This document shows positions 1-12,600 of a stretch of 64,000 bases of DNA, piece after piece. Position 1 is the first letter of the stretch; every line of letters begins with the position of its first letter. Position numbers and translations under genes: made by a program. The notes beneath the pieces are model-generated. The model saw nothing but the letters and a program-made list of their open reading frames with translations. It was not told the DNA's origin and did not search any database. The stretch comes from Azolla caroliniana (Eukaryota; Plantae; Polypodiophyta), in assembly GCA_043228905.1 (NCBI GenBank), contig JBHGNT010000007.1, forward strand, positions 3,100,001 through 3,164,000. The letters are read 5' to 3'.

Positions 1-105
1 GCGTATGGAGAAAGCAAAGGCAATGTACCGACGTGAAAGGGGCGGGCATTCAAAGAATCTATCTATATACATACATATATGAAGACATGTGACATCCCAT
101 TCCCT

Positions 106-176
106 AACACACACACACACACACACACTTCATAAAGAATCTCGCAAGGGTCACGTGACATCCATTCCCTTGATGT

Positions 177-207
<31 letters not shown>

Positions 208-710
208 CCCACGCTCTGTAGAGAGAGAGTGTATGCGCGTTGACATAAAACATACACATTCTCTCTCTCTCTCTCTCTCTCCACACACACACCTTCTCTC
301 TTTCTCTCTCTACACACACCCCCTCTCTCTCTCTCTCTCCATACACACACCTTCTCTCTTTCTCTCTCTACACACCACCCCCTCCCTCTCATTCTCTCTC
401 CACACACCCTCCTCTCTCTCCTCATCTTTTTCTCCTCCATTGGCTGCCATGTGGCCCCCCCTCTCTCTCTCTACAGATAGAGATAGAGAGAGAGCGTGAG
501 GGATTATCCGCTGACAGAGAGAAAAAGAAGAAAAGAAGAACAACTGAAAGTGGAAGAAAGGACGCCATAGCTCCAGGGAAAGAGACAGACACAGACAGAC
601 AGACCACAGAGAGAGAGAGAGAGAGAGAGTACAGACACTGACAAAAGAAACAACAGAAAGTAGAAGCGAGGACGCCATAGCTACTGTATAGCTTGAGAGA
701 GAGAGGGAGA
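106..710. repeat. Compound (CA)n/(CT)n/(GA)n microsatellite region upstream of the first gene
   Basis: Alternating CA, CT and GA runs; perfect palindrome GTCACGTGAC (G-box core) at 150-159. The overlapping ORFs in the track here are microsatellite translations. Confidence 0.9.
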
Positions 711-822
711 CATTGTATATGTACATGCACATGAGAACAACAGATTAAAGTGGAGAAAACGGAGTGAGAGAAAGAGCAGCAGTAGCAGTAGCACCAACAG
801 CAGCAGCAGCTGAAATTCAGCT

Positions 823-2079
823 ATGGCGAGAGGACCTCCTCCTCCATCGTCTTCTTATTCTTCAGAGAATGTCACACAACCAGATGATATTCATCGGCAT
901 TACCTTGATCAGAGCTTACCTAACCATGATTCTTCTTCTTCTTCTTCATCTTCTTCTTCTTCTTCTTCTTCTTCTCTCTCTACATCTTCTTCTTCTTCTG
1001 CTTCTGTGAGTGCTCTCTCTTTCAGCTTCGTGGCTACTGCTGTTCTCATTTCTCTCTTCCTCCTCATGGCCATATTCGAGCGTTTCTTGAGACCTGTTGC
1101 TTCTTCTTCGTCTGCTTCACCTCCACCATTATCGTCTCCATCTCCATCTAACCTCAGCTCAGATCGTGACAAAACAGACCGATCTTCACATTTCTGCGTA
1201 AGTCTTTTTGCATCTCTTGTAATGATCAGAGAAACAAATTCGTCGTTTCCTGTGTAATAAAATTTAGCTGTTGTTGCTTTTCTTCGTCAACTGCATTGTT
1301 CCTGTACAATTTGTTTCCCATGTTTCTGATCAGATAAACAATTCCCCGTTTCCTAACAACAATAGTTTCTAATTTTTCTCCTCGTTTCCTGTTCATTTCT
1401 GTGCAACCATAGTTTACCCTCGCTCTGATTCGAGAAATAAATTCCCCCGTTTCCTGTCTACCAAACTAGTTTCAGCTAATTTTCTTCGTTTTCTGCTCCG
1501 TTCTGTGTAATGTAAGCTCAAAAACTTTCCTCCTTTCATTGAACCTTTGTTTTTCGCTTTATTTTCTCTCCCCGTCCTCTGAAAGTTTTTCATCACACAT
1601 TCTCATTTCTCCGTGAGCGTCAATCTCTCAAACTCAGATTATTTTTGCAGCTCCTCCTCACTTCTTCTTTTGAAAGTCGGGATCGTTTTTCTTCCTTTTG
1701 TTGAAGAATTCTCTGCTCCTTCCTCCAGTTTTGCATTTCTCTCGACAAAGAATTTTCTGTTGATTTTTTTTCCATCATTTTTTCATTGCAGGAGTATGTT
1801 GGAGGGATCACAGTGGTGATGCCAGGAGAGGATTTCCCCACCTTCATTGCTAAACCAGCTCCATTGATGATTCAGCTGGAGCAGAAGATGACGAAGAACC
1901 AACAAGAACAAGAACAGGAGAAAGATGTACTTAAATCGTCAACATTAACATCATCGTCTTCTTCATCTTCATCGTGGCCATCATCATCATTACCAAGTTC
2001 TTCTTCTTCTGCATGTGATCTGATGCAGGAATCTGGACTCACAAAGCAATACACAACGGCAATAACTTTGACGCCATGA
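823..2079 (+). CDS. Uncharacterised plant single-pass membrane protein (At5g65660/At4g28170-like family), 2 exons
   Basis: Exons 823-1197 and 1792-2079 join in phase 0 via GT..AG. Ser-rich N-terminus, TM segment SFSFVATAVLISLFLLMAIFERFLRP and C-terminal motif ITVVMPGEDFPTFIAKPAP typical of this family. Confidence 0.85.
1232..1510. repeat. Degenerate intronic tandem repeat (core AATTCCCCGTTTCCTG)
   Basis: Core CGTTTCCT(G) recurs at ~1245, 1348, 1384, 1448 and ~1487 with similar flanks such as TAGTTTC..TAATTTT. Confidence 0.55.
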
Positions 2080-4539
2080 TGATGATGATCATCATAACGA
2101 GTTATCATGAGCTGCGATACACCTCTCTGTTATGTATTCTGGAATCTTCTAGAATCTTGAAGGTTTTGGAATCTAACACTAGCACATTGGATCTTAACCA
2201 GATTCACATTTCACATTCAGTTCTAGGTGAGGAGGTTTTGATCTAATTACACTACTCTCTATATTCTCATCTCATTGTAGAATAACTAACTAGCTCATCT
2301 AATTGAACGGTGACTAATCATTGAGAGAGACACACATACAAATACACACATTCACGATATGCTCACTACTGCTTGACAGGTCAACACCACACACACTCAC
2401 ACACTACTTATCAAATTAGTTAGATCCTATACCCAATCAGTTTGTAAATAGCTTCATGCTTTTATCTTCTTCTGGTTGGGAGAACCGTTTCTTCCTCTTG
2501 CGAGATTACACCCCCCCCCCCCCCCCCCCCCCCAAACAACCTTTGTTTGGAGGGATAAAGAATCCACCGGCTCCTCTCTTAACCCTTCCCTTGTAAACCT
2601 CTCATATAATTGAGCTTAGTGGTGTCTGGAACCAATTGTTTATCAATGAGTTCTAACTAAACATGATTATCAGAGGTATTTGATACCCAAAGGGTTAGTA
2701 CTCCGATAGAGTGAGGATTGAGTAATTGATATAAAGTTAAAACTTTGAGAGCACTCAACATGTGATATAGAGAATTCATCTCTCCGTTAGGGGTAATTTT
2801 TGAAGCAAACCTATAATTCTAAGTTAGGGGCTTAAGATGATGTAGAGTGATTGGTTGCGGGCACTGAATGATGTGCCCACTTAGATCTCAATTTTTTTCT
2901 CTTTGCAAGGTACTAAAATGCATTTGAACATGTATAGAACAAAAAGAAGCTCTTACCTTAAAAGCAAAGTGAACCATATAAAAATATAGACAGGAACTCT
3001 ATAGAATATCAACCTATTAGTATATTACCTCAACCGATGGTGCTTAATCTATTCCAAATTCCAATCCATTTCAAGAAGGGTTTCATTTATGGCAAAAGCA
3101 CCTACAAAGTCACAAATGTTCCTTCCTTCCTACACATTATTGGGAATGAATGTGGAGCAAGGAGGAATCCAAATAGCACTTTCTAACAAGATAAAGTGTG
3201 GGTTTCAACTATGTGTTAAAAAGAAAAGGTGTGAAATGTCATTTCTATTGTTGCATCTTACATGCGAGTTTGTACCTAACAAAAATTTCCTTGGCAAGAA
3301 GTAATGAATATGAAAAATCTTTACAATGAAAGACAAAGAATGTGATGAACATCATTACTTTTGTTTAGAAAAGCCTATTATGGAACCTTGTACCACAACG
3401 TTTATTTCCTAGCTAATATAAAGTTCATTTTGTGAATCTTGGTTTAAGGTAGTATTACCTTTATGTAATCATGTAACACTTTATTTCACTATTTAAGGAT
3501 ACATTTGTTTAGAAGGACACGAACGAGACATATGCTACCCGAAATCTTTTTGTATGTAAGGTGAGTAACAACAAGTCTTAAAGTTGTAGCAATAATAGCC
3601 TTCATCGTATCAGTTATTCATTTGTCAAATCCTGTCCAGCATATCCTGGAACTAGCAAAAAACCCTAGATTACTCCGATCTTCCACAGATAATGAAAATA
3701 TATGTATCGTTAAGTTTTAACTCTAGCTAAGAAAACAAAAAATGTCCAAGAGGTGGGTTGATTATATAATCATCAAGTAATTGTCTACAATCTATAAGGA
3801 GATCCTCCACCATAAGAGGTTTTATACAATAGCGTATCCATGTAAACGTAATAAAAGTAAAAAAAAAATGTAATAAGTTTGTGTGTGTCATGGTTCATGA
3901 GTTATTTTTGTGTTTTGAGTTAAGAGAAAATTTATTGACAATTTGAAAAGTATATTTTCTTCCTCTTCACTTTTGATTGTGCCTTACTATTTGGGGCATT
4001 CGTAATTTTGGACCCATAACATACTTATGCTATGCCTCTTGCTTCATTTAGCTGGTTTTTAATTTCGTTGTCTCTTTGACTACTTTTACGTAATGATGAT
4101 GATGTTGACTCTAAGTATTCTAATGTTTGTGAAGTACATAGATATTTTTATTTTTATTAAATTTTTTTATGAAATTTGTCATTCTCCCCATTTCCACACA
4201 TGCGATGCACTTGCTTTTTTGCTTCACACTATTCTAATCCCAATATGTTTTCACTAAGCTTTGTATCAATAGTAGAGGATGATTATGGTGTTGTATTGAC
4301 ATGTTCCCTTGTTCCTTGGGTACGATGGTTTATGCACCACGTAGTTGTTTCCGTTCTAGATTGCCCAAATTTGTTATTCGTCTAATTCTACTCATCCAAT
4401 TTTATTCACTTTTTATTCTAGACTTCGTGTTATGATAGGATTGTTGAAGTCCTCACAAGGGTGGTATGGGCACCAACAAAATGCTAGAACCAAGAAAGCA
4501 AGTATGAGTACCATAGAATCACCTCAGAGAAATATATAT

Positions 4540-4900
4540 GCCATTATGAGGATGTCATATACAAAAGCATGTCTTCCAACGCATTGAATATGAAGAAGCA
4601 TGGAATCATTTAGGATCATTGCAACGCAAGAGCCTCTTGGCAAATATGGTCACTTATTTTTGCACCTTAAGAGTTGTCCAACCATTGGTGAGGAATAATA
4701 TTATGGTAGGCAATGCGTTGGTGGATATGTATGCCAATTGTGGTGGCCTCACTCAAGCACAAGGTGATTTTTAGTGGATTTCTAGTTAGAACCACGATAG
4801 ATATATGGTTGTCCAATGTTTCAAATGTATGTTGAAATCAGGTTTAAAACCTCATGCAACCACATTCACATGCAATATTCATTGTAATAGTGGACTATTT
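4540..4900 (+). pseudogene. Degenerate PLS-class pentatricopeptide-repeat (PPR) gene fragment
   Basis: Broken frames give NMVTYFCTL, NNIMVGNALVDMYANCGGLTQAQ and GLKPHATTFTC, matching PPR consensus motifs (VGNALVDMYAKCG; G.KP...TF), with frameshifts and stops. Confidence 0.75.
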
Positions 4901-6619
4901 TAATACCAGTGGAGGATATTTTTTATAATAAAAAAAAACATGCCTTCCAACATTGGTACAAGGAAGTAGCATCACGCAAAGATGTCATGTAACTTCTAGT
5001 CAATACATGTTTATTGGTATTAAAGACAAGGTGTTTCAAACCAACATTTGTGTATTTTAAATCAAAAGACAAGGAATCTCCACTTGTAAGCATGTCTCCC
5101 AAAATCAAATATCATTTTTTTGGGGTTTATAAGAAACAACGGAGTAAACTAAATGAAATAAAAGATAGATCAATATCCAAAGCAAGAACATTGATTGGAA
5201 CCAAAGTAACCAATCTTATAACAACTTCCCAAAATCTACCTTATGAAAATGCATGGGTTTTAGTAAAAGTGTGTAGTTTCAAAGGCCATTTTTATTTAAC
5301 ATGATCTCTCCGATTCTCAACAAGCAATACGATTTTTCAAAACTTCAACATAATATAACTAACCAATGAGCTCCCCCCCCCCCCCCCCCCCCTCTCTTTA
5401 TCTCTCTCTCTCACACACACATTTTATAACCCTCAATAAGCTACCTTGTTGGATAAAACGGATTTTCCTCTTTTGGCATGCAACGATTGTCTTTCCTTTA
5501 TTTACATGCACCTAATCTTATCTTCTCATGGGCATCCAGTTTGACCAAAAGCAAATGTTGCACATATGCCTATGTTGCATGTATTCTCGTTGTCTTTTGC
5601 ATGTTGTTGCCATGTCATTGTCCATTCAACCATCTTTAGTGGTAGTGGGTATCAATCCTTAACCTTTTGTTGGCATAGATTAGCTCTTGCAATTTGAGCT
5701 ATCTTTCGTTCTTGTCTTAACTTTTTCCTTTTCCTTCAATTGGCTACTTTAATCAAATTCATGAGTTACCATGAAGATTGACCACATCATGACATTGTTA
5801 CATGTATGTGGTGCAAGAACTGTCCATGTCAACTTGAAATAGAGAACCCCAAAGGAGTCAACCTAAAAATACACTTTGCAATATGATCACATGATCTATC
5901 ACCCTAACAACCACATGATCTACTCAATGAGCATAATAGCATGCATGGATCATGTTGGCCTTGTTGACATTAGAATATAACCAACATATCTCTTCCTCTC
6001 CTGTGCAATGTAGAGAGATCTCACTTTATTGTAATAACCACATTGGGCCACATTCAAGCTTGCTTTCCCCATAGTTTCAACCATACTAGGTTTATGCGAC
6101 ATGGTGAAAACACATTTGGGGGAGCAACTCTACCATGCTCATATGTCCACAAAATCAACGCAAATAGATCCATTCCTATCATAGTTTTTTCCTATCCAGC
6201 TAAATAAACACAACGAACGTAGAGTAGTTAGACACTCGGAGCAGTTGGATACGTTATCATGATGTCTACAAGCCAATTAATTGTTCTTGAATGGTTCGAA
6301 CTCATGTGTGTATAGTCGACAGAGAGGCACGGGGGAGTCTTGAGCAACCTTCCATTGAGTCACGAATTAGTATGTCGTTCAAATCGGTAGTAACTCAACC
6401 ATATTATATACACACGGATCAAAGACATTGTCGGATGAAGCGAGGTGTGTCTCGGGGGCTTCTTCCCATACTCTACATACTTCTTAACAAAACTAATAAT
6501 GTGAACACATGAGAATGATTTTTGTGTAGTAGTGGTAGAATCCGGAATCGAACTTGAGATCTCTGTCTGTCTGTCTGTCTGTGTCGATCGATCGATCGAT
6601 CGATCGATGCCATTCCCCC

Positions 6620-9600
6620 ATGGCTCGTACATTCTCTGCATTCGTGGTCGACAAGGAGGAATGGAACCTCATGCACGCTCTCTCTTCCCAACTCATCAAG
6701 AAGCTCAGAGAGAGAGGATTCTATGCTAACTTTAAGAACCTTCGAGAGCTCGAGCTTCACTGCATTCGCTTTGCTAAAGACCCCCATGCAGAGTCCGCTG
6801 CTTCACGAAGAGCCGGCGAAGATGGAAGAGATAAGCAAACACAGAGCGCTTCTCTCGCCTCCAAAGCTGAGACTTTATCTGGAGCTACCAAGTAAGCATT
6901 CCTAGAACGCATTTTTTTCCAACCAATTAAAAATACAGGCTAGGGTTAGGGTTTCGTGGTTTTAAGTTCCATTACCACGTAAGCATAATTTAATACTAGT
7001 AGGGTTTATGAAAGACCCTTTTTTCTCAATTTCAAACAATTAACATGAGACGTTCTTGAGATTAAGGTATCTTTCCATGTACTTTACTTAGCAGGTTTTG
7101 CCTTAGGAATAGAGTTTACAAACAGGTAGCGATTCAAAATACGGGCTAGTTGAGATGTTCGTCAGTTTAGGTTTTAAGGTCCACTTCCAAGTATGCATTT
7201 TAGTACCAGTAGGATTCATGAAAAAACCATTTGTCTTTCTTTTAAAAATTTGCAAAGATACATGATAGCTAAGATATTCTTAGGTTTAGAGTTCAGGGTT
7301 TATGTTTTTTTAAGCATTAGAAGTTTAGGGTCTTCATCTTGAACTTCCAGGTAAGCATTCTACGTAGCATGGCTCACCGAAATCCTATTCCTGTTCAACT
7401 AATCAAAATACATGTTGGTCAAGATCTTAGCCATTTGAGGACAGAGTTTATTGTTTACGTTTTACTAGTAATTATGAATCTTATTAGCATGACTCCTCAA
7501 AATCTTGTTTTTTTTCAACCAAGGAAATAATAGTTGAAATCAATTGTTGTCTGTTTGGATTTAGGGTTATGTTAGGTTTGTAATTAGCATGGCTCATGAA
7601 AAACTATCTTCAATCAAATACATGCTAGTTGAAAACTTTGCCAGGTTAAGGATAGGGTTTACTTCTGAGTAAACATTTTACTCAGTAAGGCTCATGAAAA
7701 ATCTGATATTTTCCACAAATTAAGATACTTGCTAGGCAATATCTTTGCCACTGTATGCTCGAGGGCCTTCATGTGGAACAACCAAGCGGACATTTTCGCA
7801 GGGCACACAAGTCATGAAAAACCTTTTCCTCAACCAACCAATGTAACTCTTAGTGGACATCTTCACATCTCAAACATCGTATTCTGAAAGAGTAAGCTTA
7901 TTCGCAGGAAAAGCTTATAACCACCATAATAAACAGAGAGGCTTTCCCCAATGTGAACAAATCTCTTCAAACTATCATTACTTTCAAGTGTTGTTTTATC
8001 ATCATGAACCAACACTCTAGCCCAACGGTTTCCACCACTGGGGTTGAGACCCAGTTTTCCCGTGGAACACCATTTCCTGTCTGTGATCGTGCAAAGTAAA
8101 AACTGAAGTCCATAGCCATACTTTCTCACCGTCTATTAGGATTGGTAAAGGCTGCAACAACCCCCATGTCTTTTGCCTGTCAAATTCAACTTTTTCACGT
8201 ATTATGCATGTCCTTCTGAATGTTTCAACATCACAACGCAAACATGGGCAATAAAATAAATCTCAACAGCTTTCACAGTGACATCAATTTCACAATGACC
8301 TACATAGGGTGAAGCACGACTTTCAACTGTAACGTTAGGCCCTAACTGCTTCATGATGCATAGCTTTTCATGCATCATAATAAATCCATCTTTGAGATTA
8401 TACGGCAGATGGTGCTACCCACCGGGTAGCAGTTCATCATCTTTGCAAAATAATCCTCCTATGTATTTCTCTTGTATTTCATCTAGCTCATGGCGATAGG
8501 TAATACACACTGTTGACATGTGTAGTCTGCTTGACAATAAATCAGATACCACATTCTTTTGTACTTCTATATGCAGAATTTGAAAGTGAAACTTGGTCAC
8601 AAAATTTGCTCATCCCATGCACAGAAAGCTTTTTAACTGAATCTGGTGATAGCCACTTTTAAATTGATTTCACTAAAAATTGTCCTTCTTAAGAAATCAA
8701 GAATATCATCAATTCTTGCTATCAGAAGTCTGTTTTTCATACTGTCCTTATTATGCACTATAATCAATACACATGTGCCAATAACTATGTTCCTTTTGCA
8801 TTAAAAAATACTTGAGAACAATAAGAAATGAACTGAACTAGATTAGCCCCATGTCTAAAGTTCATTTGCTTGGCTCATGGGTTTTTTCGTTCGGTTGCAC
8901 TAACATTGTAAGGCAGTTTGTTAGTAGGACAGACACAAATCAATCATATTATTTTTGGGATTCAGGAGGCAGCTCTCCTGGTAAAGAATCTGAAAAGAAT
9001 TTCTGAAAGCATTCAAGAAAGCTGCCTAGAGAAATTAGATTCAACTTCATATACATTAATATTCTTTGCAAAGATCAAGTACAGCATTAAGATTTTTCAC
9101 AACACCAGCAATAACAGAAACCAAGATAACAGGACCAGACCCCCTCTAAATTTCATTGAAGACAGGAGTCTTTCTTTAATGTAGTACAAGGATAATCTCT
9201 TTGTTATAGGTATCTACTAAGAAGTTACTTGACCTCGCATCAATATGGACCACCATGGCAACACATTAACCTTCAAGAAGGTGGCTACCTCGCAAACTTT
9301 GACGATTTACCGATTCTCCAAATTTGCTTAATTTCATCAACAGTGGAGAGATTTTACACAAATGAAGAAAGATCTACTTAAGATTTTCTTTTGCTATGAC
9401 TTCATTTCACATCCAGAAAACCATATTGCCCCTGAACCATGAGTTTGATACCTTGTTGGCCCCAAATGCCCCTTTCAATATTTATTTATTAATAACTAAT
9501 TGAAGATTGTATGGTAAGATACATTCTAAACCCTTGCAAACCAGCTAGCTGTTTAAGCCTATATCAGGAGTGAAACCTATATATTGAGTTTCCAAAGTAA

Positions 9601-12600
9601 TCTCTCCTGAACACAGTAGGAAAGAGAGTAAGAAGCTCTGATTCCTGCAGATTTTTTGCTCTCTAATAGGTCTCCAATTCGCTCTCTAAAACTGAATTCG
9701 CATCCAGAGAGCCATATTGCTCCTGGACCGAGAATTTGATACCTTGTTGGCCCCATGTGCCCCTTTCAATATATAATTGTTAATAACTAATTGATGATTA
9801 TACAAGAAGATAGATTCCAAACCCTTGAAAATCAGCTAGCAATTTAAGCCTATATCAGGAGTGAAACCTATATATTGACGTTCCAAGGTAATCTCTGCTG
9901 AACACACTAGGAAAGAGAGTGAGAGGCTCTGATTCCTGCAGATTTTTTGTTCTCTAATAGGTCTCCTATTCACTCTCCAAAGCTGAATTTCAAAAGAGAT
10001 TTATTTTAAATAAGGTAAGTCCTTCTTATACTGCAGTGTCATCTCTTCAAAAGCAATAATTATCTTAGCCCTCTCACTTATCGATGCTTATAACCAAGTG
10101 AATTTATGTAGGACCTCGTTTAAGTGACTTTACAATGTACAACTTTATTATTGGACACACAAAACTCCACACATCACAATCCAATGCTAACCAGACTGAC
10201 CACATGCCGATCCCAGGGCATATGCCTATAGATTCTTTAGTCTAGGGGTCATTGGCCATCAACCGTGTCATATTGGCCATGTAATGTTGTCTTGGCCAAT
10301 TTCAAGAGTTCTGAAGATCAAATAAAAAATTGTTTTTATTAGAAAAAAGGCATATAAAGATAACATTTCCTTGTGACAAACTTGAGCACCAGATTATTTT
10401 ATCTGCCTTTATTGATTATCAATAAAGAAAAACCAAAAGAGCCACCAGTTATGTGGCCAACAGGACATCAGCTAGGAAATCTAGCTCTGTGGATGAATAA
10501 TTAAGCCCTAGTGAGTTCAGAATCTTACGTAGGCGTTGTTTTATTAAATTTTAACTAAAATTGGTGGTTCTTTAGTGATTTTCTGCCATTTTTGAATTCC
10601 AGTGAACAGTTTCAAGAGGTCATGAAAAGAAAGTGTTTTTTTATGGCAAACCAAAATAATTGGCATTACCTGCTAGTCAAGACCTTCACCTCTGCTTTAG
10701 GGCTTAGAGTTAGGAAAGTGAGTGTATTATCATGTATAATAAAGTTCATAGTTCATGCATTCTTTCTGATAATCCATATATTGCCATCAATAAACACGAT
10801 TTTTAGTTAATTGTTGTGGATTCATTCATATTGTATTTTGAACTGTTTATTCTGTTTAAGATAATCCTTTCTAATAAAATGGTGCAATTTGAACAGCATC
10901 TGCCAGGTTGAACATGTTGTGCAGTCTCCAAGCACAGATAATATCAATGATGACACAAAATGCAATGGAGATCTTGCTGAGAATCCAGATTCAATTTCCC
11001 CTGTAAATGGTCCTTTTCCATGCAAAGAATTATCAGATGATCAAATACTTGATGAGTGGTGCCTTATGGGAAAGGATGGTAAAAATGTTCCAATAATGGA
11101 GCTTTCCTATGATGTATCAGACCCAAATGAAATTTCATTATCAGGTTACATAACAGCAAAACATCAGAGAATTAGTACCAGAGTTCTGAAATGGAAATTT
11201 GTTTCAACAGCTGAAAAAGGACTTGTAATTTATGTCAAAACTACATTGAAATCTGTGTGGTATTAATTCAACATCTTAAGCAAATTATATCACTCTTCAG
11301 CTTTCATTTTATGTGATTCACTGTATGAAAATTGAAATACTGTCTTCTTTGATTCATTAGGTCTCAACTAGGAAAACCTCAGACAGACTATGAACAAACT
11401 ATTAAAAGTGTACTCGTTTACATGCATCTGTTTTCAATGCCAAAGGAGGCCATGGGGAGTTCAAAGACAATATTACTTCATCTACAGAACAAGTTTCAGT
11501 ATGGTATTCATACCCTTTAGCAAATACAGAGTGTGGATAAAATAGAACCTTCTTTAGGAGAATCATGCTTCCATTGAATGCATAGTTATATTGGAGCATG
11601 TTTGCTTGATCATGATATTAAATTGAACATACAAATGTGGCTACAGTTATTGGCCAGTCAAACCAAGAGTATCAGATTTACAAGATTGTCTTCTTTTGGC
11701 AAAGAAACTGGATTTAAGCTCCACATTTGTGAGTTTTATCTGCTCCTTTAAGCTGAACAAATATACAATATAATAATATAAATAAACAAGCGAGCAAATA
11801 GTCAAATAATGCATGTGCATTATGTACATACAGAAATATATATTCATCTGTAATTTTAATGCACTGGTTCCGAGGTGCTATAATTTTGTTTGTTTTTTCC
11901 CCTCCTACTTTTTGGCAGCCGAAAATCATGGAAGAGATTGAAGAGATGGAAGAATCAAATGAAGGTAATGACAGCATGCCTTTACCTCTTAAACATTTGG
12001 AGAGGCAAAAGGTAGAAATTGGTAGCCATGAGCTAGGTAGTGCAATGGACAAGAGCAGCATGTCTGCTCCTGGAAGTAACAGAAATAACATTGTACGGAG
12101 ATCAACTAAAGAGGAAAAAACTCTACACGAACAATCTGAAGATGTCTTAGTGGATCACACAGATATTGCTCATGCTCCACTCAGCTCAATAAATCAGAAT
12201 TTAAAAGAATCAAAAGAAACCTGTCAAAGTACTGAGGACTCTGCACAGGTAGCAACAAGAGCTGGTGGATTGAGGTAATTATAATTATGTGAATTTTCTG
12301 CTGGTGAATTTGATTTGGAGAGCTGCATTCTCGTGTTGTTGAGGGAATATACAGTGGAAATATTGGTTCATAGAGGTATATTTTGCTATTCAAATCAGAA
12401 AACGGACAGCATCACAACAACCTGGAGATGCTTTTGAGTTTCAACACACAATCAGCAAAGAATTCAATAATTCTTGTCAGATTGATGGAAAGCAGAATGT
12501 CTCAGAGCCTGATAAAATTAAAGAAAGGTTAGCTATTCAGTGGTTATAAGAAAGATGCTTTCTTACTTTGAAAAAAAATTCTTTGTTACTGAAGGAAAAG

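Noticed and set aside
63-732. Several ORFs rich in ER, VC, HT and SL dipeptides
   Set aside because: They are translations of GA/CA microsatellites with no protein signal.
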